64,000 nucleotides of DNA, taken from assembly GCA_050506795.1 (NCBI GenBank), contig JBJHCF010000024.1, positions 1-64,000 on the forward strand, written 5' to 3'. Position numbers and translations under genes: made by a program. The DNA is from Opitutia bacterium. Lineage in GTDB: Bacteria; Verrucomicrobiota; Verrucomicrobiia; Opitutales; T3Sed10-336. Positions 19,849 to 28,880 of this stretch are shown piece by piece. A model generated the notes under the pieces. That model saw nothing but the letters and a program-made list of their open reading frames with translations, did no database searches and was not told where the DNA came from. Each line of letters starts with the position of its first letter. Within the stretch, counting starts at the first letter, position 1.

Positions 19849-21612
19849 TCAGCGGTACTCGTGGCCGCTGTCCATGTCGACGATCTTGAAATTTTCCACG
19901 TGGAAACTCGCGTCGGGCCGGAAGGCGAGGCTCACTCCGTGCAAGTGCTGCAAGTCTGCCAGCAGGGCTTCGTCCTCCTGTTGCAGACGTTCCAGAATGC
20001 TGGGGTGAACAAGAATTCGCAGCCCTCGGATTGTTCCGCCGTCACCGGTATTCTTGCCCTCGGAGGCCAGGCGCCGCAGAATGCTGGCCAGCCGCCGCTG
20101 GATCTCGACGCTCATGGTGCGTGCCGACTTCACGATGCCGCGTCCGCGACAGTAGGGACAATCGGTGTAGAGACCGGACGAGTGGCTTTCCTGCTGACGC
20201 TGGCGGGTCATCTGCATGATCCCGAGCTGGGATATGGGCAGGATATGGGTTTTGGCGCGGTCGCTGGCCATCTCCGAACGCATTCGGCTGTAGAGCTGAT
20301 TGCGGTCGCGGCGGCTTTTCATATCGATGAAATCGATGATAATCAGGCCCCCGATGTTCCGCAGGCGCACCTGGCGGGCGATCTCCGCGGCCGCCTCCAT
20401 GTTGACCTGGAAAATGGTGTTTTTGTCCTCGCCGCTCTTGGCCTTGTGGGCCCCGGTGTTGACGTCGATGGCGATCAGGGCCTCGGTTTCGTCGATGACG
20501 ATCTGTCCGCCCGACGGCAGGTTGGTCTGGCGCTGGAACGTCTGTTCGATTTGGCGCTCGATATTGAAGCGCTCAAAGATGGGAATGGTGTCCGAATACA
20601 GGGTGACCTTGGACTTCGAGCGGGAGGAGATTTGCGAAACCAGTTCCTCGATCCGTCGATGATCTTCCTGGCTGTCCACGATGACGCGATCGATTTCCTC
20701 GGTGAGAAAATCGCGCACCGTGCGCTCGATCAGGTCGGGCTCCTGGTACAGGCAGGCAACCTTGCCGGCCTGTTCCATCTTGGTGTTAATCTCCTCCCAC
20801 TTCTTGAGCAGGATGTGCAGGTCGCGGACGAAATAACGCAGCTTTTTGCCTTCCCCGGCGGTGCGCAGAATAACCCCCATGCCTTCAGGGATTGTGAGGG
20901 AGCGGATGATCTTCTTGAGACGATTGCGCTCCTTGGGATCCTCTATTTTGCGTGAAATGCCGCACTGGTCGCAGTAGGGCATGAGCACCAGAAAGCGCCC
21001 GGGCAGGCTGATGTTGGTGGTGGTACGAGGGCCTTTGGTGCCGATCGGCCCCTTGGTGATCTGGACCACGATTTCCGTCCCCACCGGATAATGGGCGGGG
21101 ACGTCTTTTATGTTGAGCTGTTTGCTCTTGGCCTTGCCGTCGTCGCGCTTCTTGTTGACCCGGACCACCTCGATGGACGAGTCGGCGGCCGCCGGCAGGA
21201 TGTCCCAGTAGTGAAGAAAAGCGTTCTTGGGCATGCCGATATCGACAAAGGCGGCCTTTAACCCGTTTTCCAGGTTCTGAATTCGGCCCTTGTAGATGCT
21301 GCCGACCAGGCGATCCTCGCCGACCCGTTCGATTTCGAACTTGTCGAGCACGCCGTCGACCAGCAGGGCGACCCGCTTTTCCAGCGGCTCTGCGTTGATG
21401 ATCAACTCCCGGAAGCTGCCCTTCTCACGTTTGAAAGTGTCGAGGATTTTGCTAAGCAGGGGTTTCCTGCGGGCGCGATCTCGAGCTTCCCTCTTCAGTT
21501 TATCCCGCGGTATGGCCGGCACGTTTGGCTCGACCGGCGGGGATTGCAGTTCCTGGATTTGACGCTCTGAAATGTCATCTCGTTCGTTCTTGTTGGTTGG
21601 TGATTGCTTCAT
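19849..21612 (-). CDS. rng: Rne/Rng family endoribonuclease (RNase G size)
   Basis: S1 domain [36 protein letters not shown], Zn-link CPYC. Confidence 0.9.
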   Translation of the reverse strand: MKQSPTNKNERDDISERQIQELQSPPVEPNVPAIPRDKLKREARDRARRKPLLSKILDTFKREKGSFRELIINAEPLEKRVALLVDGVLDKFEIERVGEDRLVGSIYKGRIQNLENGLKAAFVDIGMPKNAFLHYWDILPAAADSSIEVVRVNKKRDDGKAKSKQLNIKDVPAHYPVGTEIVVQITKGPIGTKGPRTTTNISLPGRFLVLMPYCDQCGISRKIEDPKERNRLKKIIRSLTIPEGMGVILRTAGEGKKLRYFVRDLHILLKKWEEINTKMEQAGKVACLYQEPDLIERTVRDFLTEEIDRVIVDSQEDHRRIEELVSQISSRSKSKVTLYSDTIPIFERFNIERQIEQTFQRQTNLPSGGQIVIDETEALIAIDVNTGAHKAKSGEDKNTIFQVNMEAAAEIARQVRLRNIGGLIIIDFIDMKSRRDRNQLYSRMRSEMASDRAKTHILPISQLGIMQMTRQRQQESHSSGLYTDCPYCRGRGIVKSARTMSVEIQRRLASILRRLASEGKNTGDGGTIRGLRILVHPSILERLQQEDEALLADLQHLHGVSLAFRPDASFHVENFKIVDMDSGHEYR

Positions 21613-21708
21613 TTTTCTGGATGTGTCCCGTTGTTTCCGGGCTCTTCATCTCAGTCGCCGTTGTTGCGGCGGTTGGCAGCAGCGTCGAGGTGGTATCGCG
21701 TTCAGACA

Positions 21709-22938
21709 TCAGTATTCCTTTCTGAAGCGATAGACGCTTTGCACCAGTCCTTGCAGGATGCAGCAGCTGATCATGAAAGAGCCTCCATAACTCAAGAAGG
21801 GAAGCGGGAGTCCGGTTATGGGCATCAATCCGATCGTCATGCCGATGTTGATAAAAACATGAACGGAAAAGATTATCGTGACCCCGAGGGCCAGCATCAT
21901 GCCGAAACGGTCCCGCGCCAGGCCCGCGATGCGGACCCCGTTTACCAGCAGCAGGCCATAAAGGCCCACCACCAGCGCGCTTCCCATAAAACCTTTTTCT
22001 TCCGCGAGGACGGAGAAAATAAAATCGTTGTGTGCCACGCCGCGCGGCAGGTAGCCGAGCTGGGCCTGAGTGCCCTGTTGCCAGCCTTTGCCGAACGCGC
22101 CGCCGGATCCCACCGAAATCAGCGACTGGCGCACATTCCAGCCGATGCCCACCGGGTCGATCCGTTCCGGCGCGACAAACGCAAGGATGCGATTCCTCTG
22201 GTAGTCGCGCAGGGGCAGGAGCGAGTGCTCTTCGTATTGGCCGCGGTCGGCGGTGGGGGAGAGATTGTGCTCCTCTAGGAAGCGTTCGTAGCCTCGAACA
22301 TCGATGGCTACGATTGCGATAACAAACAGCAGTATGCCGATAACCGTGCCGAAGTAGATCTTCGGAAAGTTGGCGACATATAGCAGTGAAAGTACCATCG
22401 GTGGAATAACTAAGGCCGATCCTAAGTCGGGTTGCATGAAAATCAACAACATAGGGATCGAAATCGCCACCCCGATCTTGATCGCCGCTTGCAACGACTC
22501 GCCGAAGGTGACGATTTTGCCGCGGGCCAGTATACTGGCGGTGATCACCAGGCATCCTAGCTTGGCCGCCTCCGAGGGTTGTACCGAAAAAAAACCGAAA
22601 TCGAGCCAACGAACCGCTCCGTGACGGGCCTCTCCCGCCAGGGGGGTCCATAGCAGGAGGAGTATGCCGATGGAAGCGAGGTAGATCCAGTGCGACCCCT
22701 GGAGCAGGGTACGGTAGTCCAGCAGGCTCATAAAGAGGTAGACCATCAGCCCGCCGCCGATCCAGACGATCTGCATGCGGAATTGACTTAAGCCGGTGTA
22801 CACCTGGGCGCTGTAGATGAAGAAGACCCCGGCCACCATCAGGACCACCATGCAAATCGGGTTGATAAGATCGAAGCGCGAGTGGGCAGCCGTCTTGAAA
22901 AATCTTGAGTAGTAATGCTTTAAATTCGATATCTGCAA
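21709..22938 (-). CDS. rodA: SEDS family peptidoglycan polymerase RodA
   Basis: GAVRW, QPSEAAK, QPDLGSA, YQRNR, HNDFIFSVLAEE, TGLPLPFLSYGGS; probable TTG start at 22938 after GGAG. Confidence 0.9.
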   Translation of the reverse strand: MQISNLKHYYSRFFKTAAHSRFDLINPICMVVLMVAGVFFIYSAQVYTGLSQFRMQIVWIGGGLMVYLFMSLLDYRTLLQGSHWIYLASIGILLLLWTPLAGEARHGAVRWLDFGFFSVQPSEAAKLGCLVITASILARGKIVTFGESLQAAIKIGVAISIPMLLIFMQPDLGSALVIPPMVLSLLYVANFPKIYFGTVIGILLFVIAIVAIDVRGYERFLEEHNLSPTADRGQYEEHSLLPLRDYQRNRILAFVAPERIDPVGIGWNVRQSLISVGSGGAFGKGWQQGTQAQLGYLPRGVAHNDFIFSVLAEEKGFMGSALVVGLYGLLLVNGVRIAGLARDRFGMMLALGVTIIFSVHVFINIGMTIGLMPITGLPLPFLSYGGSFMISCCILQGLVQSVYRFRKEY

Positions 22939-23208
22939 GGAATGGTTCCCGTCTCCGGGGTGGCTGTGGTGAGAAATAAATTTGATTTTATGCCCTGAGA
23001 AAGGATATTTCCGGAAACAGAGATTGGATCGGGCTGCTCCCCAGTAGAGGGAATGCCCCGAAAATATCGCTTGACTGCTGAAATCGTCTTGGCGCGCTGG
23101 CGTGGCCGCCCAAGAGTATTGAACCGGAAGCGAGGATTTTTTCAAGTTGGATTTTATCAATTAATGCTTCATCATGGGGGTTTTGAGACGATTTGAGTTA
23201 GATCGCAT

Positions 23209-24741
23209 ATGAGCACCGTTTGGCCTTCACTGTTTCTAAGTTTGCTGGCCGCGGTGATTTCCGCCTTGTTGGTCTGGTACCTTACGCATCGCTGGAGGGA
23301 TAATACCCGGCAGCAATGTGAGAAGCTCCTTTTCTATACAAAGAAGGAAGCAGAGATCTCCTCCCGCGAGATCCTGAATGAGGCGCAAGCCAAAATCGAT
23401 CGGAAGTGGGGTGAATTGGAACGATCGCGCGACCGCTTCGAACTGGAGCGGGAACGCGACCGTGAGCAGATCGAGAGCGGCCGGCGTGGTCTCAGCCGTG
23501 ATCGCGAGGCTCTCCGGGAAAGGACCCGCAAACTGGACAGCGAGGAGGAGCGGTTGTACGAAAAGGAGGCCGAAATCAACAAAACCGTGCAGGTCTACCG
23601 GCGTCGCTTGGAGGAGGTGGCGCACCTTTCCGCGGCGGAGGCGGAAAAACTTCTGCGCGAGGAGGTTGGGATCGATTGCCAGGGTGAACTGCGCAACCTG
23701 CGGCGGATGCTCCTGGAAAAATCGGAGAAGGAGGTGAAAACCGAGGCCCGGAGGATGATGGTGACCGCCATGCAGCGCCTCGCGACCCAGCCCCAACACG
23801 ACATCACAGCCACCACGGTGCCGATCCCCGGCGAGGAGATGAAGGGCCGGATCATCGGCCGGGAGGGACGCAACATCAAATGTTTCGAGGCGGTTACCGG
23901 GGTAACCCTGCTGGTCGACGAGTCGCCCGATACGGTTTTGATTTCCTCGTTCGATCCCATTCGCCGGGAGGTGGCGCGGGTCGGGCTGGAGTACCTGATC
24001 GAGGATGGACGGATTCATCCGTCCAGCATCGAGGAGTGCGTTTCCCGCGCTCAATCGGAGATTTCCACCGACATCGCCCGGTTTGGTGATGATGCGGTTG
24101 ATGAGCTGCGTCTCGGCGGGGTTCACCCCGAGGTGCGCCTGTTGCTGGGTAAGCTCAAATATCGCTACGCCTACACCCAGAACGTGCTAGATCATTCCCT
24201 GGAGGTGGGGTTTATCTGTTCCATGCTCGCTTCGGAACTGGGCGTCGATTCCATGCTCGCCAAGCGCGCCGGTCTTTTTCACGACATCGGCAAAGCCATC
24301 GCTCACAACCACGAGGGAAGTCACGCCCTGGTGGGCGCTGATTTTCTTCGGCGGTACGGCGAGGATCCGGCGGTGGTCAACGCCGTGGCGGCCCATCACG
24401 AGGAGGTGCCGGCGGAGAGCATTTATGCCGGACTGGTTATGGTGGCCGACACGATTTCCGCCGTGCGCCCCGGGGTGCGCAACGAGGGGCAAAGCACCTA
24501 CATCGACCGGCTCAAGCGGCTGGAGGAAATCGCCGCCGGCATCGAAGGGGTCAACGAGGTGTACGCTTTGCAGGCCGGGCGCGAGATCCGGGTGATCGTC
24601 GATCCCAATGCCATCTCCGACGATCACGCCCGGGACCTATCGCGTGAGATCCGCCGCAAAATCGAAGAAAACCTGCAGTATCCCAGCACCATCAAAGTGA
24701 CGGTGATTCGGGAGCAGCGGTTCAGCGACACCGCGAGGTGA
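23209..24741 (+). CDS. rny: Ribonuclease Y
   Basis: N-terminal TM and coiled coil; KH domain MKGRIIGREGRNI; HD domain HDIGK; ALQAGREIRV. Confidence 0.95.
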   Translation: MSTVWPSLFLSLLAAVISALLVWYLTHRWRDNTRQQCEKLLFYTKKEAEISSREILNEAQAKIDRKWGELERSRDRFELERERDREQIESGRRGLSRDREALRERTRKLDSEEERLYEKEAEINKTVQVYRRRLEEVAHLSAAEAEKLLREEVGIDCQGELRNLRRMLLEKSEKEVKTEARRMMVTAMQRLATQPQHDITATTVPIPGEEMKGRIIGREGRNIKCFEAVTGVTLLVDESPDTVLISSFDPIRREVARVGLEYLIEDGRIHPSSIEECVSRAQSEISTDIARFGDDAVDELRLGGVHPEVRLLLGKLKYRYAYTQNVLDHSLEVGFICSMLASELGVDSMLAKRAGLFHDIGKAIAHNHEGSHALVGADFLRRYGEDPAVVNAVAAHHEEVPAESIYAGLVMVADTISAVRPGVRNEGQSTYIDRLKRLEEIAAGIEGVNEVYALQAGREIRVIVDPNAISDDHARDLSREIRRKIEENLQYPSTIKVTVIREQRFSDTAR

Positions 24742-24864
24742 GCTGGAGGTTGATGGTCGCCGTCGGCCGTTCCGCCGGATCCCGGACGACCCGATATCGG
24801 ATTATCTCCGACTTTGGACCTTGAACATTGTTCGGGGATCTTTGTAGTTCCAAGGGCGACCAGC

Positions 24865-25869
24865 ATGAGTGAGACACCAAAACCATTGATTCTAACCGGA
24901 GCCAAACCCTCGGGCGAACTGACCTTGGGCAATTACCTCGGCGCGATTAAGAACTGGGCCATAATGCTGGAGGAATACGAATGTTTCTTCCCTATCGTCG
25001 ACCTGCACGCTATCACCGTGCGTTACGTGCCCGCCGAGCTGCGCAAGCACACCTACCAGTGCCTGGCTCAGTATATCGCCTGCGGTTTGGACCCCAGTAA
25101 ATCGCATATTTTTCTGCAGTCCCAGGTAATTGGACATACCGAGCTCAGTTGGATCCTCAGTTGCCTCACTCCGGTCGGCGAGTTGCACCGCATGACCCAG
25201 TTCAAGGATAAATCCAGCAAACCGGGAGCCAGTGTGAATGCGGGACTTCTGTTTTATCCGGTGCTGATGGCGGCCGATATTCTCCTTTATAATGCCGACC
25301 GCGTGCCGGTGGGCGAGGATCAGAAACAACACCTCGAACTGGCCCGCAACATTGCCCAGCGGTTCAATCACACTTACTCGGAGACGTTCAAGGTCCCCGA
25401 ACCCTACATTCCCAGTGCCGGCGCCCGCATTATGTCGCTGCAGGATCCCTCCCGGAAAATGTCCAAATCCGACGAGAATCCCGGCGAGGCCATTCTGCTC
25501 CTGGATTCTCCCAAGGCCATCCGCAAGAAAGTCCTCGGAGCGGTGACCGACTCCGGCACGGAGGTTAGAATGGCGCCGGAAAAGCCGGGGATAGCCAATC
25601 TGCTCAACATTTTCAGTGCCATTACCGGCCGCTCCATCGAGGACCTGGAGCGCGAGTTTGGAGATTCCGGGTACGGAACCTTCAAAAACGCTCTGGCCGA
25701 CGCGCTCATCGCCCACCTCGAGCCCTTTCAGGAGCGTTATCGTGAAATAATCGACGATAAATCGTTTCTCCACGGGGTACTTAAGGAAGGCTCCGAGGTG
25801 GCGCAGGCCCGGGCGTTCAAGACCCTGCGGAAAGTCTACCGCAAAGCCGGGTTTGTGGAACGCGGGTAA
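24865..25869 (+). CDS. trpS: Tryptophan--tRNA ligase
   Basis: TLGNYLG, YPVLMAADIL, VPVGEDQKQH, KMSKS; start moved to ATG 24865. Confidence 0.97.
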   Translation: MSETPKPLILTGAKPSGELTLGNYLGAIKNWAIMLEEYECFFPIVDLHAITVRYVPAELRKHTYQCLAQYIACGLDPSKSHIFLQSQVIGHTELSWILSCLTPVGELHRMTQFKDKSSKPGASVNAGLLFYPVLMAADILLYNADRVPVGEDQKQHLELARNIAQRFNHTYSETFKVPEPYIPSAGARIMSLQDPSRKMSKSDENPGEAILLLDSPKAIRKKVLGAVTDSGTEVRMAPEKPGIANLLNIFSAITGRSIEDLEREFGDSGYGTFKNALADALIAHLEPFQERYREIIDDKSFLHGVLKEGSEVAQARAFKTLRKVYRKAGFVERG

Positions 25870-25930
25870 CTTTCGGGAGCGGCCAACTGAGAAAGCCGTG
25901 CCGGTCCTCGCGATTTATGTGATTGGTTCT

Positions 25931-26024
25931 TGAAAGCCGGGTGGTTTTCATTTTCACTCCGGGGACTGCTGCTTTTCTCGGAATCCCGTTTTGCGATTTA
26001 ACCGGTCTGATCAATGGGATCAGA
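25931..26024 (+). promoter_or_regulatory. Two inverted repeats upstream of the glycan operon (candidate operators)
   Basis: TGAAAGCC-GGGT-GGTTTTCA (25931-25950) and perfect TCTGATC-AATGG-GATCAGA (26006-26024). Confidence 0.3.
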
Positions 26025-26056
26025 TCGAATCAGTAACTCGATAACTGGCCAGAGCT

Positions 26057-28834
26057 ATGAGTATACGGGCGAGCGGTGGATTCATTCAACAATTGGCACG
26101 GCGTGCGCCGGGGAGTCTTCATGGATTCCTTCTCCTTTTTCTTGCCCTGGCGAGCATTCCGCTTATCGCCCAGGCGCAGTGGAATAGAATCGCCAACCAG
26201 CCGGAGACGCTGGGATTGGGCGATGGGTATTTGGAATTCGATCTTCCCGGCTTCGAGCTGGAGTTGGTCAGCGCCTCACAGACCATCGCGGCTCTGAGGC
26301 CGAAAGGCGCGGATGGATTCGATTATACGCCTTCCGACCGCCTGGAGATCAGAAGCAGGAACAACCTCTATCATCTGGGCGACCTCAACCTTCGTTTGCG
26401 AATCGGCGAATCGCGGGAGTGGCGGGAGTACTCCACCGCGTCGGATCGCCGGCCCGTGAGTCAGGCCGATGCCGCCGGTTCGGTGCTGGCGGCGGCGAAT
26501 CTTGCCCCTACCTTGCCCGAAGACATCCCTTTGGAGGTGATGCGGTATTGGATACAGGAGGATTCGCAGTTGATTCTTCGGTTCGAACTCCGTAACACCG
26601 CCGCGCTTCCGGTGGAGGTCGGGTCGCTTGGCATTCCGATGATTTTCAACAATCTGTTGCATGACAAATCACTGGAGGAAGCCCATACCACCTGCGTTTT
26701 CTTCGATCCTTATATCGGTCAGGACGCCGGATACCTGCAAGTGGCCCGGTTGCACGGCCAGGGGCCGGTCCTGCTGGTCCTGCCCGATGGAGACACTCCG
26801 TTTGAGGCCTACAACCCATTACTGAACGATCCGACTCCGCGCGGCGTTATCTTCGAGGGGTTTCATGAGTGGATGGCCCACAGCAGGGCGCACGCGGAAG
26901 ACGACTGGAGCGAGGCCGAGCCCTGGAACCGTCCGACTTCCGTACGCCTGAATCCCGGCGAATCGCGCAGCTACGGGGTGCGCTTTGTTCTGGCCGATTC
27001 CTTGCGCGAGATCGAGTCGACATTGATCGCGCACCAGCGTCCGGTGGCCGTGGGAGTGCCGGGATACGTCCTGCCGCGCGATGTCCGGGGGCAACTGTTT
27101 CTGAATTACGGAGAGGCGGTGCGTTCCATCGACGTGGAACCGGCGGGCTCTCTGGTCGTGACGGAGGATGAGCCGACCCCGGGCGGATGGAAGCAGTACC
27201 GGGTCGAGGGGGCGGAGTGGGGCCGCTCCCGGCTCACGATCACCTATGCCGACGGCCTGCGGCAAACCATCCACTACCGGGTGATCAAGCCGGAGGGTGA
27301 GGTGGTCGCCGATATGGGGCGGTTCTTGACCACCGAGCAATGGTATGAGAATCCGGATGATTTGTTTGGCCGGAGCCCTTCCGTCATCACGTTCGATTAC
27401 GAAACCTGGAGTCATGTCCTGGAGGACCGGCGGGCCTGGATCGCCGGTCTCAGCGATGAAGGCGGAGCCGGTTCCTGGTTGGCGGCAATCATGAAACAGT
27501 TCGTTCAGCCGGACGCCGGGGAGTTGGAAAAGCTCCGGAGATTTTTTAATGAGACTTTGTGGGGAGGCATTCAGTACGCTGAAGGGGATCGCCGGTACGG
27601 AGTCAGAAAAAGCCTGTTTTTGTACGAACCCGACGAAATGCCGGAAGGCACTTACAGCGAAGACATCAACTACGGCACCTGGTCGGCATGGAATCGACGG
27701 GAAGCGGAATCGGTCGGGCGATCGTACAATTACCCGCACGTGGCGGCCGCTCATTGGGTCTTTTACCAGCTTTCCCGCAATCATCAGGATTATATCGAGG
27801 AGAGAAGCTGGGAATGGTACCTGGAGCACGCCTACCATACGGCCATCGCGATGGTCGAACAGGCGCCCTATTACGCGCAGTTCGGCCAAATGGAAGGGAC
27901 CATCTTCCTCATGATTCTGCTGGATCTGCAGCGCGAGGGAATGACCGAACTGGCGGACTCCATGGAAGCGGCCATGAAACGGCGGGCCGACTTGTGGGAT
28001 TCGCTGGATTATCCTTTCGGCAGTGAAATGCCCTGGGACTCCACGGGTCAGGAGGAGGTTTATGCCTGGTCCCGGTATTTCGGCAACGACGAAACCGCCG
28101 ATGTCACGCTGAACGCGATCCTGGCTTACATGCCCACCGTGCCCCATTGGGCTTACAATGGGAGCGCGCGCCGGTATTGGGATTTTGTATACGCGGGCAA
28201 ATTGTCGAGGATCGAGCGTCAGTTGCACCATTATGGCTCCGGACTGAACGCCATTCCCGTCCTTTCCGAGTTCCGGGCCAATCCGGACGATCTTTACCTG
28301 CTGCGGGTGGGGCATGCCGGGCTGATGGGTTCCATTGCCAATATTACCTATGAAGGGTTCGCCCCGGCGGCCTTTCATTCGTTTCCCTCAACCCTTCGTA
28401 TCGACGGTATTAACGGAGACTACGGTCCCGGCTTTTTCGGCTATGCCGCCAACACCGGAACCTATGTCAAGTATGATGAAGAGTTCGGTTGGCTGGCGTT
28501 CAGCGGCGAAATCGAAGAAAACGGAGCCTTGGTAAACGTCCGGCCGACCAACGCGGCGCGTTCAAGGGTGTATCTTGCGGACCTGGGACTTTGGCTGACC
28601 CTGGATGCCGGGCGGTTCGAACTGATTGAGTTCAATGTCACCAACGGCGAAGTCGCGGTGCATCTCGAGCCGGCAACCGCTCATACCACCCGGGCCTTGC
28701 TGCGGATTGAGCAGCCCGCCGCGGTGGAGGGGGTGGCAACTTTTGAAGCCGCCGGTTCTTTTGAGATCGAGAGGGGTGCGGTTGTCATTCCTCTGGGCGA
28801 TGAGGCGTCGTCGGTCGAGTTGAGGTCGCGTTAA
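26057..28834 (+). CDS. Secreted DUF5695-like putative glycoside hydrolase (paralog 1)
   Basis: Signal peptide ending AQA; RAWIAGLSDEGGAG, RSYNYPH, GSEMPWDSTGQE. Family assigned by motif recognition. Confidence 0.7.
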   Translation: MSIRASGGFIQQLARRAPGSLHGFLLLFLALASIPLIAQAQWNRIANQPETLGLGDGYLEFDLPGFELELVSASQTIAALRPKGADGFDYTPSDRLEIRSRNNLYHLGDLNLRLRIGESREWREYSTASDRRPVSQADAAGSVLAAANLAPTLPEDIPLEVMRYWIQEDSQLILRFELRNTAALPVEVGSLGIPMIFNNLLHDKSLEEAHTTCVFFDPYIGQDAGYLQVARLHGQGPVLLVLPDGDTPFEAYNPLLNDPTPRGVIFEGFHEWMAHSRAHAEDDWSEAEPWNRPTSVRLNPGESRSYGVRFVLADSLREIESTLIAHQRPVAVGVPGYVLPRDVRGQLFLNYGEAVRSIDVEPAGSLVVTEDEPTPGGWKQYRVEGAEWGRSRLTITYADGLRQTIHYRVIKPEGEVVADMGRFLTTEQWYENPDDLFGRSPSVITFDYETWSHVLEDRRAWIAGLSDEGGAGSWLAAIMKQFVQPDAGELEKLRRFFNETLWGGIQYAEGDRRYGVRKSLFLYEPDEMPEGTYSEDINYGTWSAWNRREAESVGRSYNYPHVAAAHWVFYQLSRNHQDYIEERSWEWYLEHAYHTAIAMVEQAPYYAQFGQMEGTIFLMILLDLQREGMTELADSMEAAMKRRADLWDSLDYPFGSEMPWDSTGQEEVYAWSRYFGNDETADVTLNAILAYMPTVPHWAYNGSARRYWDFVYAGKLSRIERQLHHYGSGLNAIPVLSEFRANPDDLYLLRVGHAGLMGSIANITYEGFAPAAFHSFPSTLRIDGINGDYGPGFFGYAANTGTYVKYDEEFGWLAFSGEIEENGALVNVRPTNAARSRVYLADLGLWLTLDAGRFELIEFNVTNGEVAVHLEPATAHTTRALLRIEQPAAVEGVATFEAAGSFEIERGAVVIPLGDEASSVELRSR

Positions 28835-28880
28835 GCTGTTTTGGCTCGTTTTAAACAAAGGTGAACGGTTGGAGACTCTT

